Assembly: GCA_028826165.1 (NCBI GenBank)
Contig: JAPDFW010000007.1
Span: 34,668-98,667 of the forward strand
Reading direction: 5' to 3'
From: Anaeramoeba ignava BMAN
Lineage: Eukaryota; Protista; Anaeramoebae
DNA length: 64,000 nt
Shown here: piece by piece, positions 27,686 through 49,784 of the stretch
How the letters are laid out: every line of letters starts with the position of its first letter
Position numbering within the stretch: position 1 is the first letter of the stretch
Translations under genes and position numbers: made by a program
Notes under the pieces: generated by a model
Seen by the model: the letters and a program-made list of their open reading frames with translations, nothing else
The model's database searches: none
Told to the model about the DNA's origin: nothing

Positions 27686-28920
27686 AGCAATTTTAAAGCA
27701 ATTTTAAAAGAAATTTAAATCAATTTTAAATCAATTTTAAAAAGAAATTTAAATCAATTTTAAAAAGAAATTTAAATCAATTTTAAATCAATTTTAAATC
27801 AATTTTAAATCAAATTTAAATCAATTTTAAATTAATTTTAAATCAATTTTAAATCAATTTTAAATCAAATTTAAATCAATTTTAAATCAAATTTAAATCA
27901 ATTTTAAATCAAATTTAAATCAATTTTAAATCAAATTTAAATCAATTTTAAATCAAATTTAAAACAATTTTATATCAATTTTATATCAATTTTAAATCAA
28001 TTTTATAACAATTTTAAATCAATTTTAAATCAATTTTAAATCAATTTTAAATCAATTTTAAATCAATTTTAAATCAATTTTATATTAATTTTATATTAAA
28101 TCAAATTTTTAAATCAATTTTAAATCAATTTTAAATCAAAATTTAAATTAATTTTTTATCAATTTTAATTTTAAATCAATTTTAAATCAATTTTTCAATT
28201 TTTAATTTTAAATCAATTTTTTAAATCAATTTTATATCAATTTTATATCAATTTTAAAATCAATTTTAAATCAATTTTAAATCAATTTTAAATCAATTTT
28301 ATATCAATTTTTATCATTTTAATTTTATATCAATTTTAAATCAATTTTTATATCAATTTTAAATTAATTTTAAATCAATTTTAAATCAATTTTAAATCAA
28401 TTTTAAATCAATTTTAAATCAATTTTAAATCAATTTTCAATTTTAAATCAATTTTATATCAATTTTAAATCAATTTTAAAATTTTAAATCAATTTTATAT
28501 CAAAATTTAAATCAATTTTAAATCAATTTTAAATCAATTTTTAAATTAATTTTAAATCAATTTTCAATTTTATATCAATTTTAAATAAATTTTTAAATAT
28601 CAATTTTTAATCAATTTTTATATTTTAAATCAATTTTAAATCAATTTTATAAATCAATTTTAAATCAATTTTTTTTTAAATCAATTTTAAATCAATTTTA
28701 TATTAATTTTAAATCAATTTTATATCAATTTTAAATCAATTTTAAATCAATTTTAAATCAATTTTAAATCAATTTTAAATCAATTTTAAATCAATTTTAA
28801 ATCAATTTTATATCAATTTTATATCAATTTTATATCAATTTTAAATCAATTTTAAATTAATTTTAAATCAATTTTATATCAATTTTATATCAATTTTAAA
28901 TCAATTTTTATATCAAATTT
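27686..28920 (+). repeat. 11-mer tandem repeat (AAATCAATTTT)n between convergent genes
   Basis: A period of 11 is directly visible over about 1.2 kb between the symplekin and CHD stop codons. Confidence 0.9.
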
Positions 28921-29006
28921 AAAAGAAATTAAATTTAAAAGCATTTTATTTAAAAGAAATTAAATTTCAATAAAGTTTTTCTTTTTATTTCTTTTTATTT
29001 TATTTT

Positions 29007-38891
<9,885 letters not shown>

Positions 38892-39147
38892 ATTTAAAAA
38901 AAAAAATGAAAAAATGAAAAAATGAAAAAAATTTTTTTTGTTTTTAAAACAAACACGTGGAATAAAGAAAAAAAATTTTTTTTGATAAAGAAAACAATAA
39001 AAAAAAGTAGAAAAAAAAATCTTTCTCCTTTCTTTTTTTCTTTTTTTCGGTTTATTTTTCTTTTCTTTGTTGATTTTTTTAACAAAAGATCATAATTTTC
39101 TCAAAGCAAAAAAAAAATTTTTTTTTGCTTTTGTTTCATCTTATTTT

Positions 39148-40826
39148 TTAACGGAAAAAAGAATTAATCTCATCTAAATATTTTAAATTCATTTGATAAT
39201 ATTGAACAATTTCTGTAAATTGTGATTGATCAAGTTCTTGATCAATTTTTTCAAGATATAAAAATTGGATCAAGCTTTGAAGAGCAAGTAACCCAGAAGA
39301 AAAATAGTCAGAAACTTGGTTTGATTTATCTTCAGTAACACTTAAAAACATTCCCCGAAATAAGTTACTCCGAAAAGCAAGAACAAATTTATGGACTTGA
39401 ATTTTTTCATCTTGGAAAACAATTGCAAAATCTTTTGAATTTTTATCTTCATACAATTTTTTCAAATCATCAATTAGACTTTCAACCTTTGATTTATAAG
39501 CGACCCAATCTTGATCAAAACCAATTTCAGAAGCCATTTTTGAAATCAAAATATTACTTGTATTCTCTGCAAAATAGAGAAATTTCAAAAATGTTTCAAC
39601 TTCTTGATTGTTGTAATTTTCAAACAATCCAGAAGCGATTCCAGTTTGTTGTCAATTCTTGTTTCAATCCAAATTTTATGCGCTTGAATAAATCCTTGAT
39701 TTGTTTTTAAAGAAATATCGGTGAATTCTTTTCTTTTCAAAAACTTCCTCAAATCCAATTGAATAATTGACATTTTTTGCTGAAAAATTATTGCTCTTTC
39801 ATCTCCACACTGAATTTTAAAAGAAGAGAGATTGGCTTTTAGATTGCTATTATTATCATTATCCTCAATTTCCATTTCCGGACTTTTTTTCGAGAAGTAA
39901 CTAATAATATACAGTTTAGGTTCATCAGTCAAAATTCCAGTTATTCGTGATCCAGTTGAAATTGATAATATTTTGGTTTTTGGAAGAAAATCAACAAGTT
40001 TGAATTTTGTGTTATAATTTACAGAGAAACCTAGATAATTCGAAAAGTCCCCGCTTGCATATACTAAATTAACCCCGTTTTCTTCTGTGACAATAATTGT
40101 TTGAGTGTATCCACATTGAATATCGATTATTTTTTTATTTTCAAATCCAAAAAGTTGCTGAACTTGGTTGATTTGGTTCTTATTTCCAATTCCTAATTGA
40201 CCAGAACCATTCCTTCCCGAACAGAAAATATCCCCATCCAAAGTTTGATAGAAGAAATGGAAAGCATAATCGCCTGAGTAGACATTGCTGATATTGTTTG
40301 TGATGTAGCGAGGAGTATCTATTCCTTTTGGCTCATTAAAGATTCCAATTTGGCCATCAGTATTGTATCCGCAGGCATACAAATCATTATCCGAAGTAAT
40401 GAAATATGACTGATAGCATCCAATCGCAAAATCTCGAATTTTGATATTTTTCTCAATAAAAAATTTAATAAGTTCAAATTTTCCCGAATTAACTTTTGTA
40501 TGTCCAAGTTGTTTATATGTATTTGTTCCCATACTGTAAGCTTTTCCTGTTTCACTTATGCATAAACAATGCTCAAAAGATGCTCCAACCTTGATTATTT
40601 TCTCGCCAACTTCCATTTTTTCAATTTTTTCAACTTCCATTTTTTCAATTTTTTGATGGTGTAAATAGTAAACATCATAATTACTTGTGAGAATTAATGT
40701 TCTACTTGAACCAATTGATATTTGTTTGATTCTGTCAGGTATTTTCAGTTCTATTTTTTGGAGCAGTCCATTGTTGTTATGTATAACTAAACCACCTCCA
40801 TAACCCCAAGAATAAACTTCAATCAT
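39148..40826 (-). CDS. RCC1-repeat + BTB + BTB protein, intronless, one frameshift near 39617-39645
   Basis: RCC1 repeats (YSMGTNTYKQLG, YACGYNTDGQIG, FCSGRNGSGQLGIG); BTB1 EFTDISL...QAHKIWIETR continues in the -1 frame as EVETFLKFLY; BTB2 KDFAIV...VHKFVLAFRSNLFRGMF. Confidence 0.85.
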
Positions 40827-40909
40827 AATTTATATTATTTTATTATTGAAAAAAATTGAAAAAAATGAAAAAAATAAAATCATTTTTTTCATTTCTTTCA
40901 AATTTAATT
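40827..40909. promoter_or_regulatory. 83-bp bidirectional promoter region with TCATTTT motifs on both strands
   Basis: Divergent ATGs at 40826 (-) and 40910 (+); AAAAATGAAAAA and TCATTTTTTTCATTT lie between them. Confidence 0.55.
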
Positions 40910-43210
40910 ATGGATTTTTCATCCCAAATCCTTAATTTAAATAAAAAAATTATGATTAAAATCTTCTCTTTTCTATCAATCAAAAAAATTATCATATCAG
41001 GTTTAACTTGTAAAAAATGGAAAAGATATTGTCGCTCAAGATCTTTATGGAGAACACTTGATTTAACAAGAAAAACACTAGAAATTGAAATTATTCCAAT
41101 TTTTCGACATTTTTATTTATTTCCATCACAATACAAATACACACCCCAAATCTTATTTTCCTTGAAAAAATGGATTCCATTCACAAAAAGTTTGAACATA
41201 ACTGGATGCAGAAATTTGAATGATTTCAGTGTTTTTAAATTTCTTGAAAAGCAAATGAACAAAATCCAAATATTAAATTTGTCAGGAATGCATGAATTAG
41301 TAACTCAGTGGGGATTTCTAAAATGTAGATTGTGTTCCAATTTGAGGGAATTATATTTGGAACGTTCTTCTTTTTTAACTGATGATATTATTGAAAAAAT
41401 TGTGAAGAATTGCTCTTATTTGCACACTTTAGTTTTGGATGCCTGTAATGAAATTACCGACAATTCTGTCAAGTTTATTGCTCAATATTGCAATTTAAAA
41501 TTGCGCAAACTTTCTCTTGAATCCTGTTTGATGATGTCCAAATTTGTTTTTTATTATCTTCAACAGTGTCCAAATTTAGAGTTTTTGAATTTATCAGCAA
41601 CTTATCCCTTTGAAGAAGGTGAATTAAAAGTAGATTACACATTAATTCCAAATGAATATGCATTGGTTTCACGAGGTGAGACCGAAACTAATTCCTTTTC
41701 ATCTCCATTAGAAGATGAATTAGAAAATCAAAATGAAAATCAAAATGAAAATCAAAATGAAAATCAAAATGAAAATCGAAATGAAAATCAAAATGAAAAT
41801 CAATTAGAAGATGAATTAGAAAATGAATTAGAAAATCAAAATGAAAATCAAAATGAAAATCAAAATCAAAATCAAAATGAAAATCAAAATGAAAATATAA
41901 ATCAAAATCAAAATCAAAATGAAAATCAAAATGAAAATCAAAATGAAAATCAAAATGAAAATCAAAATGAAAATCAAAATGAAAATCAAAATGAAAATCA
42001 AAATGAAAATATAAATGAAAATCAATTTGAAGATGAATTAAAAAATAAAAAACCGCCTTCTTGCTTTAAAGAACTCTTCTATTTCGAACAAAAATATGCT
42101 AAATCAAAACAAGAACAGCAAATCGCTTTAATTCCTTTAAACCAACTCTTCTTCAATTTTGCTAATAAATGTAATAAAATCAAATATCTCAACATCTCAA
42201 ATCATCATGAACTAAATGATTCAATGATTTCTCCTTTAATTGAAAACTTGCCAAATATCCAGCAACTAATCTTGGATTTTTGTTCAATTTCTAATCACTC
42301 CTTAAAAACAATTTCACAAAAACTCCCAAATATTCGCAAATTATCAATCAAATCAGCAATCGACATCGACAATTCGTCAATTCAATCAATCATCACAAAA
42401 TGTCCAAACTTGCAAATTTTGGATCTGAATTTGTGCGACTCATTTGATGATCAAGTCTTCAATTTCCTTTCCGATAGCCAACTCAAAGAATCATCATTTC
42501 TATCAAAAATCAAAGTATTGAGATTTGGATGGGCAAATGTCTCTGATTTCTCAATAAACCATCTATTCACGTATCTAAAATCAAATGGAGCTTTTTCAAA
42601 TATTTCTGAACTGGATTTCCGAGGATGTGAATATATTAGTGACTACACCTTATTCCTACTCTCGCAAAATACCACATCGTTAACCGCTGTATCCTTTTCA
42701 GAATGCCCCATCACTGATAATGGGCTCTCCTTTTTTGCAAAAAGCTCTCCGAATCTCGTTGCGATTAGTCTCGATGAATGTGAAAATATTTCATTTCAAG
42801 GAGTTCAAGCAATTTCTTTTTATTGCAGAAAAATAATTGGATTATCAATTAGTAAAACAAAGATTTGTGATGAAAATTTGAAGTTATTATCCATTTATTG
42901 CCAAAAGTTGAGATTTCTCAATATTTCATTTTGTAATTTAGTCACAAGTGTTGGATTAATAAATCTTTCTAAAGGATGTAAAAAATTGGAATTATTGGAT
43001 TTGACGGAATGCTCAGGAATAACAATTGAAGCAATTGAATATTTAACACAAAATTGTGTTAAATTACAACATTTGGATATTCACGGAATCAGAACTTTGG
43101 ATGCAAGAAGGTTGATTGAAATACAAGATAGATTTATGAAAAATGGAATAATTTTGACTTTATTAACTGATACTGATAATTCTGGAGATTCCACAACAGA
43201 TTCCAATTAA
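40910..43210 (+). CDS. F-box/leucine-rich-repeat protein (FBXL-like) with an internal NQ/NE insert
   Basis: F-box ILNLNKKIMIKIFSFLS...TCKKWKRYC...LWRTLDL; many cysteine-containing LRRs (LVLDACNEITD, LDFRGCEYISD, LNISFCNLVT, LDLTECSGIT). Confidence 0.9.
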   Translation: MDFSSQILNLNKKIMIKIFSFLSIKKIIISGLTCKKWKRYCRSRSLWRTLDLTRKTLEIEIIPIFRHFYLFPSQYKYTPQILFSLKKWIPFTKSLNITGCRNLNDFSVFKFLEKQMNKIQILNLSGMHELVTQWGFLKCRLCSNLRELYLERSSFLTDDIIEKIVKNCSYLHTLVLDACNEITDNSVKFIAQYCNLKLRKLSLESCLMMSKFVFYYLQQCPNLEFLNLSATYPFEEGELKVDYTLIPNEYALVSRGETETNSFSSPLEDELENQNENQNENQNENQNENRNENQNENQLEDELENELENQNENQNENQNQNQNENQNENINQNQNQNENQNENQNENQNENQNENQNENQNENQNENINENQFEDELKNKKPPSCFKELFYFEQKYAKSKQEQQIALIPLNQLFFNFANKCNKIKYLNISNHHELNDSMISPLIENLPNIQQLILDFCSISNHSLKTISQKLPNIRKLSIKSAIDIDNSSIQSIITKCPNLQILDLNLCDSFDDQVFNFLSDSQLKESSFLSKIKVLRFGWANVSDFSINHLFTYLKSNGAFSNISELDFRGCEYISDYTLFLLSQNTTSLTAVSFSECPITDNGLSFFAKSSPNLVAISLDECENISFQGVQAISFYCRKIIGLSISKTKICDENLKLLSIYCQKLRFLNISFCNLVTSVGLINLSKGCKKLELLDLTECSGITIEAIEYLTQNCVKLQHLDIHGIRTLDARRLIEIQDRFMKNGIILTLLTDTDNSGDSTTDSN

Positions 43211-43281
43211 ATATAGAAAATAAATTTTTTTTCATTTTTTATTTTTTCATTTTTTCATTTTTTCATTTTCCAAAAAAAAAA

Positions 43282-46200
43282 ATGTCAGATAAAAAAAGAA
43301 AAAAATCAATTGATGATAATGAAGATGCACTTGGAACACATGAACTTGATTTAAAAGAAAAATATAAAATTCTCCAAAGTAAAACACCTCAAAGAAAAGA
43401 AAAAAAACAGGAGCTTTCAATTCCCGAAATTAAAATTCTTAGAACAACTCCTCAATCAAATAAAAAAATAACTTTAAGTGCAAAAAAGTCACTTGATAAT
43501 ATTCAAAAAATTGAAAATGCAAAAAAAATACTTGCAAGGGAAGGTGTAAACAAATTTTAAAATTCAATATAAAATTCAATATAAAATTCATTTATAAAAT
43601 ATTAAAATTAAAAATAAAATTAAAAATTAAAATTGAAGATTTTAAACCAGAATCAAAAACCAAAAGTTATAAAAAGACCTAGTTTAAGATTTAGGAATTC
43701 AAATAAAAGAGCAAATTTAACAGAAACAAACCAAATTCAACAAAAATCAAAAGAGCAAAATAATTTTGGAGATTCTAACCAAAATAATAATTCAGAACAA
43801 AATAATGATAATAATAACAATAACAATAATAATAACAATAACCAAAGTAAAATATAATTATAAATTATAAATAAAATATAAATTAAAATATAAAATTAAA
43901 TTATAAAATTAAATTAAAAGTACAAAATGAAAACGAAAACGAAAATGAAAACGAAAATGAAAAAGAAAATCAAAATGAAAATCAAAATCAAAATCAAAAT
44001 CAAAATCAAAATCAAAATCAAAATCAAAATGAAGATCAAAATCAAAATCAAAATGAAGATCAAAACGAAAATGAAGATGATGAAGATTCACAATCTTCAT
44101 TAACAATTTGGATTGGAGATTTAAATGATTCAATTAATGAAAGTGTACTTTTGAAATTATTTAGAGGATATGGGGCTATTGAAGAAATTAGGAGATATCC
44201 TGGAAAAACGTACTATGGAAAAATATTTATTTAAATATTTATTTTAATATTTATTTTAATATTTCAATTAAATATTTATTTTAATATTTAAATGAATATT
44301 TATTTTAATATTTATTTTAATATTTATTTCAATATTTATTTTAATATTTATTTTAATATTTATTTCAATATTTATTTTAATATTTTAATATTTATTATAA
44401 TATTTATTTTAATATTTATTTTAATATTTATTTTAATATTTAATTTAATATTTAATCTAATATTTAATTTAATATTTATTATAATATTTAATTTAATATT
44501 TATTTTTAATATTTATTTTTAATATTTATTTTAATATTTATTTTAATATTTATTATAATATTTATTTAAATATTTAATTCAATATTTATTTTAATATTTA
44601 TTTTTAATATTTAATTTTAATATTTATTTTAATATTTATTTTAATATTTAATTAAATATTTATTTTAATATTTATTTTAATATTTAATTAAATATTTATT
44701 TTAATATTTATTTTAATATTTAATTAAATATTTATTTTAATATTTATTTTTAATATTTATTTAAATATTTAATTTTAATATTTATTTTAATATTTATTTC
44801 AATATTTATTTCAATATTTATTTTAAATATTTATTTTAATATTTATTTTAATATTTATTTTAATATTTATTTTAATATTTATTTTAATATTTATTTTAAT
44901 ATTTGTTTAAATATTTATTTTTTTAATATTTATTTTAATATTTATTTTAATATTTATTTAAATATTTATTTTAATATTTATTTTTAATATTTATTTTAAT
45001 ATTTATTTTTAATATTTATTTTAATATTTATTTTAATATTTATTTCAATATTTATTTTAATATTTATTTTAATATTTATTTTAATATTTATTTTAATATT
45101 TATTTTTATTTAAATATTTATTTTAATATTTATTTTAATATTTATTTTAATATTTATTTTAATATTTATTTTAAATTTTAATATTTATTTTAATATTTAT
45201 TTTAATATTTATTTTAATATTTATTTTAATATTTATTTTAAATATTTATTTTAATATTTATTTTTAATATTTATTTTTAATATTTATTTTAATATTTATT
45301 TTAATATTTATTTTAAATATTTATTTTAATATTTATTTTAATATTTATTTTAAATATTTATTTTTAATATTTATTTTAATATTTATTTTTAATATTTTAA
45401 TTTATTTTTAATATTTATTTTAATATTTATTTTTAATATTTATTTTAATATTTATTTTAATATTTATTTTAATATTTATTTTAATATTTATTTTAATATT
45501 TATTTTAATATTTATTTTAATATTTATTTTAATATTTATTTTAATATTTATTTAAATATTTATTTTAATATTTATTTTAATATTTATTTTAATATTTAAT
45601 TTAAAATTTATTTTAATATTTATTTAAATATTTATTTTAATATTTATTTTAATATTTATTTAAATATTTATTTTAATATTTATTTTAATATTTATTTTAA
45701 TATTTATTTTAATATTTATTATAATATTTAATTTAATATTTATTCCAATATTTTAATTTAATATTTATTATAATATTTATTTTAATATTTATTTCAATAT
45801 TTATTTTAATATTTAATTTAATATTTATTTTAATATTTAATTTAAAAAGATTCGCTTTTATTAAATTTTCGGAAGAAGAAGCAGCAAGTAATGCAATTAA
45901 ACATATGGATGGTTATACTTATAACGGATCTCGTATAAGAGTTGGAAAAGCAAAATTAAATAATATTGTTACAAATACACAAGATTATCATAGATTAAAT
46001 GAAAAAATAACAATTTCAACAATTGAACAAAGACATATTTTGGAAAATGAATTAAGTTAAATTATTACTTAATTTTTATTATCCCAAAAAAAAAATCAAT
46101 CATTTCCAATTAATTTAATATTTTTTTAATTAGGTTGGGCTTATCAACCAGCTCCTATTATTTCTTATAAATTGGAAGAAGATGAAAAAAATAATTCTCT

Positions 46201-46336
46201 TAATGTTAATAATGAACCTCAAAAAAATGAAAAAGAAGAAATTAAGAAAGAAGAAATTAAGAAAGAAGACAATCATTCTTCTTTACAAATTGGAATTGAA
46301 AAAGAAAGAGGAGTTCTTCGTTATGATGATATTTAA
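43282..46336 (+). CDS. Single-RRM protein, candidate NELF-E orthologue, 389 aa
   Basis: Exons 43282-43545, 43639-43846, 43921-44209, 45850-46055, 46134-46336 total 1170 nt with consistent phases. RRM: TIWIGDL (RNP2)...KTFAFIKF (RNP1)...AIKHMDG...IRVGKAK. It ends KERGVLRYDDI. Confidence 0.75.
44210..45849 (+). repeat. Giant satellite intron inside the RRM (1640 nt), 12-mer (ATATTTATTTTA)n
   Basis: GTACTA donor and AAG acceptor; the phase-2 join builds RNP1 (GKT|FAFIKF). Confidence 0.88.
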
Positions 46337-46379
46337 AAAGCAAATAAACAAAAACAAAACAAAAGAATAAAACAAAAAC

Positions 46380-46665
46380 TATTTTAATTTAATTTTGATT
46401 TTAATTTTAATTTTGATTTTAATTTTGATTTTGATTTTGATTTTGATTTTGATTTTGATTTTGATTTAAATTTTGATTTTGATTTTGATTTTAATTTTGA
46501 TTTAAATTTTGATTTTGATTTTAAATTTTGATTTTAATTTTGATTTTGATTTTGATTTTGATTTTGATTTAAATTTTGATTTTAAATTTTAAATTTTGAT
46601 TTTGATTTAAATTTTGATTTAAATTTTGATTTTTAATTTTTAATTTTGATTTTGATTTTGATTTT
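46380..46665 (+). repeat. (GATTTT)n-type intergenic microsatellite
   Basis: Hexamer repeat between the RRM and UBX genes. Confidence 0.85.
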
Positions 46666-46711
46666 CATTTTCATTTTTCAATTTTCATTTTTCATTTTTT
46701 TTTTGCTTAAA

Positions 46712-47964
46712 ATGTCAAAAAAAATACAAATTGCTCTTCAAATTGATCAACAAAGATATATAGACTCATTTAATTCAAATGAAACATTATGGGATATTAT
46801 TGAACATTTCGATAAAAAAACCAATTTATTAAATCGAGTTCATGAAGAGCAAAAACCAAAAAAAAAATCAATATTTAAAAAGAAATCCAAAACAAAAGAT
46901 CCAAATATTGGAAAATGGGAAAAGCCAAGTTTATTATACATTAATAAAAAATTTTCAGATCCAATTCAAATGATGAAAGCAACACTTCGTTCAATTGGAA
47001 TTAGTTCTGGTTCTGCTTCTTTTAAAGTATTTTTTGAAACAACTTCAATAAGTGTTGAAGAATCAAAAAAATTATATAAAAATGAAAAGCAAGAAAAGCA
47101 AGAAAAAAAAGAAATTGAAACAAATCAAACAAATCAAAAGAAAGAAATTGAAACAAATCAAAAAAAGAAATTGAATCAAATCAAACAAATCAAAAGAAAG
47201 AAATTGAAACAAATCAAACAAATCAAAAGAAAGAAATTGAAACAAATCAAAAAAAAGAAATTGAATCAAATCAAACAAATCAAAAAAAAGAAATTGAATC
47301 AAATCAAAAAAATCAATCAAATGAAAAAAATCAATATCATACTTCCAAAATTTCAATATTCTTCCCAAAAACTTCAAAAGAAAAATCAAAAACAGATTTT
47401 TCCCCAGATTTCTTTAAACCTTCAGCTCAAGAAATTAAAGAATTTATTGTGACTTCACAAAAAAAAAGAGAAGAATCAGAAATGTTGATGACTCAAGAAA
47501 TGAGAGAAAAAAGAAAGAAAAACACAATGATTTATTATCCAAAAACACTTATTCGATTTGTTTTTCCTGACCGAATTTTAGTTCAATCAATTTTCTCATC
47601 TCGACAAACTATTAATGATCTTTATCTTTTTCTCAAAGAAAATGTTCTAACAGAAAAATATAAAAATCAACCGTTTACAATTTACATTTCACCTCCAGTT
47701 AATAAATTCCAAAATCAAATGAATGAAAATCTTCATAATCTTAAACTTACTCCTGCAACTGTTTTTTATGTCTCATTTAGTTCTCAAAAAGATTTTTCTA
47801 GTTTTGATGCAATTCTTCCTGATTTAATCCAAAATATTGATGATTTTAAAGAAACTATACTTCCTCAATCTAATCAAAAATCAAAAGCAAAACAACAATC
47901 AAATCAAAATACAAATCAACCAAAAGTTTCTGATGAAACACTTAAAAAATTTATTCGACTTTAA
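46712..47964 (+). CDS. UBX-domain protein, TUG/ASPSCR1 (Ubx4)-like, one missing A near 47161
   Basis: N-terminal ubiquitin-like part ETLWDII...ATLRSIGISSG; C-terminal UBX YPKTLIRFVFPDRILVQSIFSSRQTINDLYLFL...YISPP...LKLTPATVFY. The repeat unit needs A8 at 47160-47166 but only A7 is present. Confidence 0.8.
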
Positions 47965-47997
47965 ATTTGAAAAAGACAAAAAAAAAACAATAAAATT

Positions 47998-49784
47998 CAT
48001 TTTGAATTTCAATTTTGATTTTGAATTTGAATTTTGATTTAAATTTAAATTTTGATTTAAATTTTAATTTTGATTTTAATTTTAATTTTGATTTAAATTT
48101 TGATTTTGATTTTGAATTTTGATTTAAATTTTAATTTTCATTTTAAATTTGATTTTAAATTTTGATTTTAATTTAAATTTTGATTTAAATTTTGATTTAA
48201 ATTTTAATTTTAATTTTGATTTAAATTTTAATTTTGATTTAAATTTTAATTTTGATTTAAATTTTGATTTAAATTTTAATTTTGAATTTTGATTTAAATT
48301 TTGATTTTGATTTTGATTTAAATTTTCATTTAAATTTTGATTTAAATTTTGATTTTGATTTAAATTTTGATTTAAATTTTAATTTGAATTTTCATTTAAA
48401 TTTTGATTTAAATTTTGATTTTGATTTAAATTTTGATTTTAATTTTGATTTTGATTTTAATTTTGATTTTGATTTTAAATTTTGATTTAAATTTTGATTT
48501 AAATTTTGATTTTGATTTTGATTTTGATTTTGATTTAAATTTTGATTTAAATTTTGATTTGAATTTTGATTTGAATTTTGATTTAAATTTTGATTTAAAT
48601 TTTGATTTAAATTTTGATTTAAATTTTGATTTAAATTTTGATTTTGATTTTGATTTTGATTTTGAATTTAATTTTGATTTTAATTTTGATTTTGATTTTG
48701 ATTTTGATTTTGATTTTGATTTTGATTTTGATTTTGATTTTCAATTTTGATTTAAATTTTCATTTTAATTTTAATTTAAATTTTGATTTAAATTTTGATT
48801 TAAATTTTGATTTAAATTTTGATTTTAATTTAAATTTTGATTTAAATTTTGATTTAAATTTTCATTTAAATTTTGATTTTGATTTTGATTTTGATTTTGA
48901 TTTAAATTTTGATTTTGATTTAGATTTTGATTTTCATTTTAATTTTAATTTTGATTTTGATTTAGATTTTGATTTTGATTTTAATTTAAATTTTGATTTA
49001 AATTTTGATTTAAATTTTAATTTGATTTTGATTTTAATTTTAATTTAAATTTTCATTTGAATTTTGATTTAAATTTTGATTTTGATTTTGATTTTGATTT
49101 GAATTTTAATTTTGATTTTGATTTTGATTTTGATTTTGATTTAAATTTTAATTTTGATTTTAATTTTGATTTAAATATTGATTTTGATTTTAATTTTGAT
49201 TTAAATATTGATTTTGATTTTGATTTTGATTTTAAATTTTGATTTAAATTTTGATTTTGATTTAAATTTTAATTTTGATTTTGATTTTAATTTTAATTTT
49301 AATTTTAATTTAATTTTGATTTGAATTTTGATTTTGATTTTGATTTTGATTTTGATTTAAATTTTGATTTAAATTTTAATATTGATTTTGATTTAAATTT
49401 TGATTTAAATTTTAATATTGATTTTGATTTTAATTTTAATTTTGATTTAAATTTTGATTTAAATTTTGATTTTGATTTTGATTTTGATTTTGATTTTGAT
49501 TTAAATTTTAATTTAAATTTTGATTTGAATTTTGATTTTGATTTTGATTTTGATTTTAATTTTCATTTAAATTTTGATTTAAATTTTGATTTAAATTTTG
49601 ATTTAAATTTTGATTTAAATTTTGATTTAAATTTTGATTTTGATTTTAATTTAAATTTTGATTTTAATTTTGATTTAAATTTTGATTTTAATTTTAATTT
49701 TGATTTTCATTTTAATTTTAATTTTGATTTTGATTTTCATTTTAATTTTAAATTTTGATTTTCATTTTGATTTTAATTTTGATT
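47998..49784 (+). repeat. About 1.8 kb mixed (GATTTT)/(GATTTAAATTTT) satellite between convergent genes
   Basis: 6- and 12-mer units, continuous with the NQ tail of the FYVE gene on the minus strand. Confidence 0.9.
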
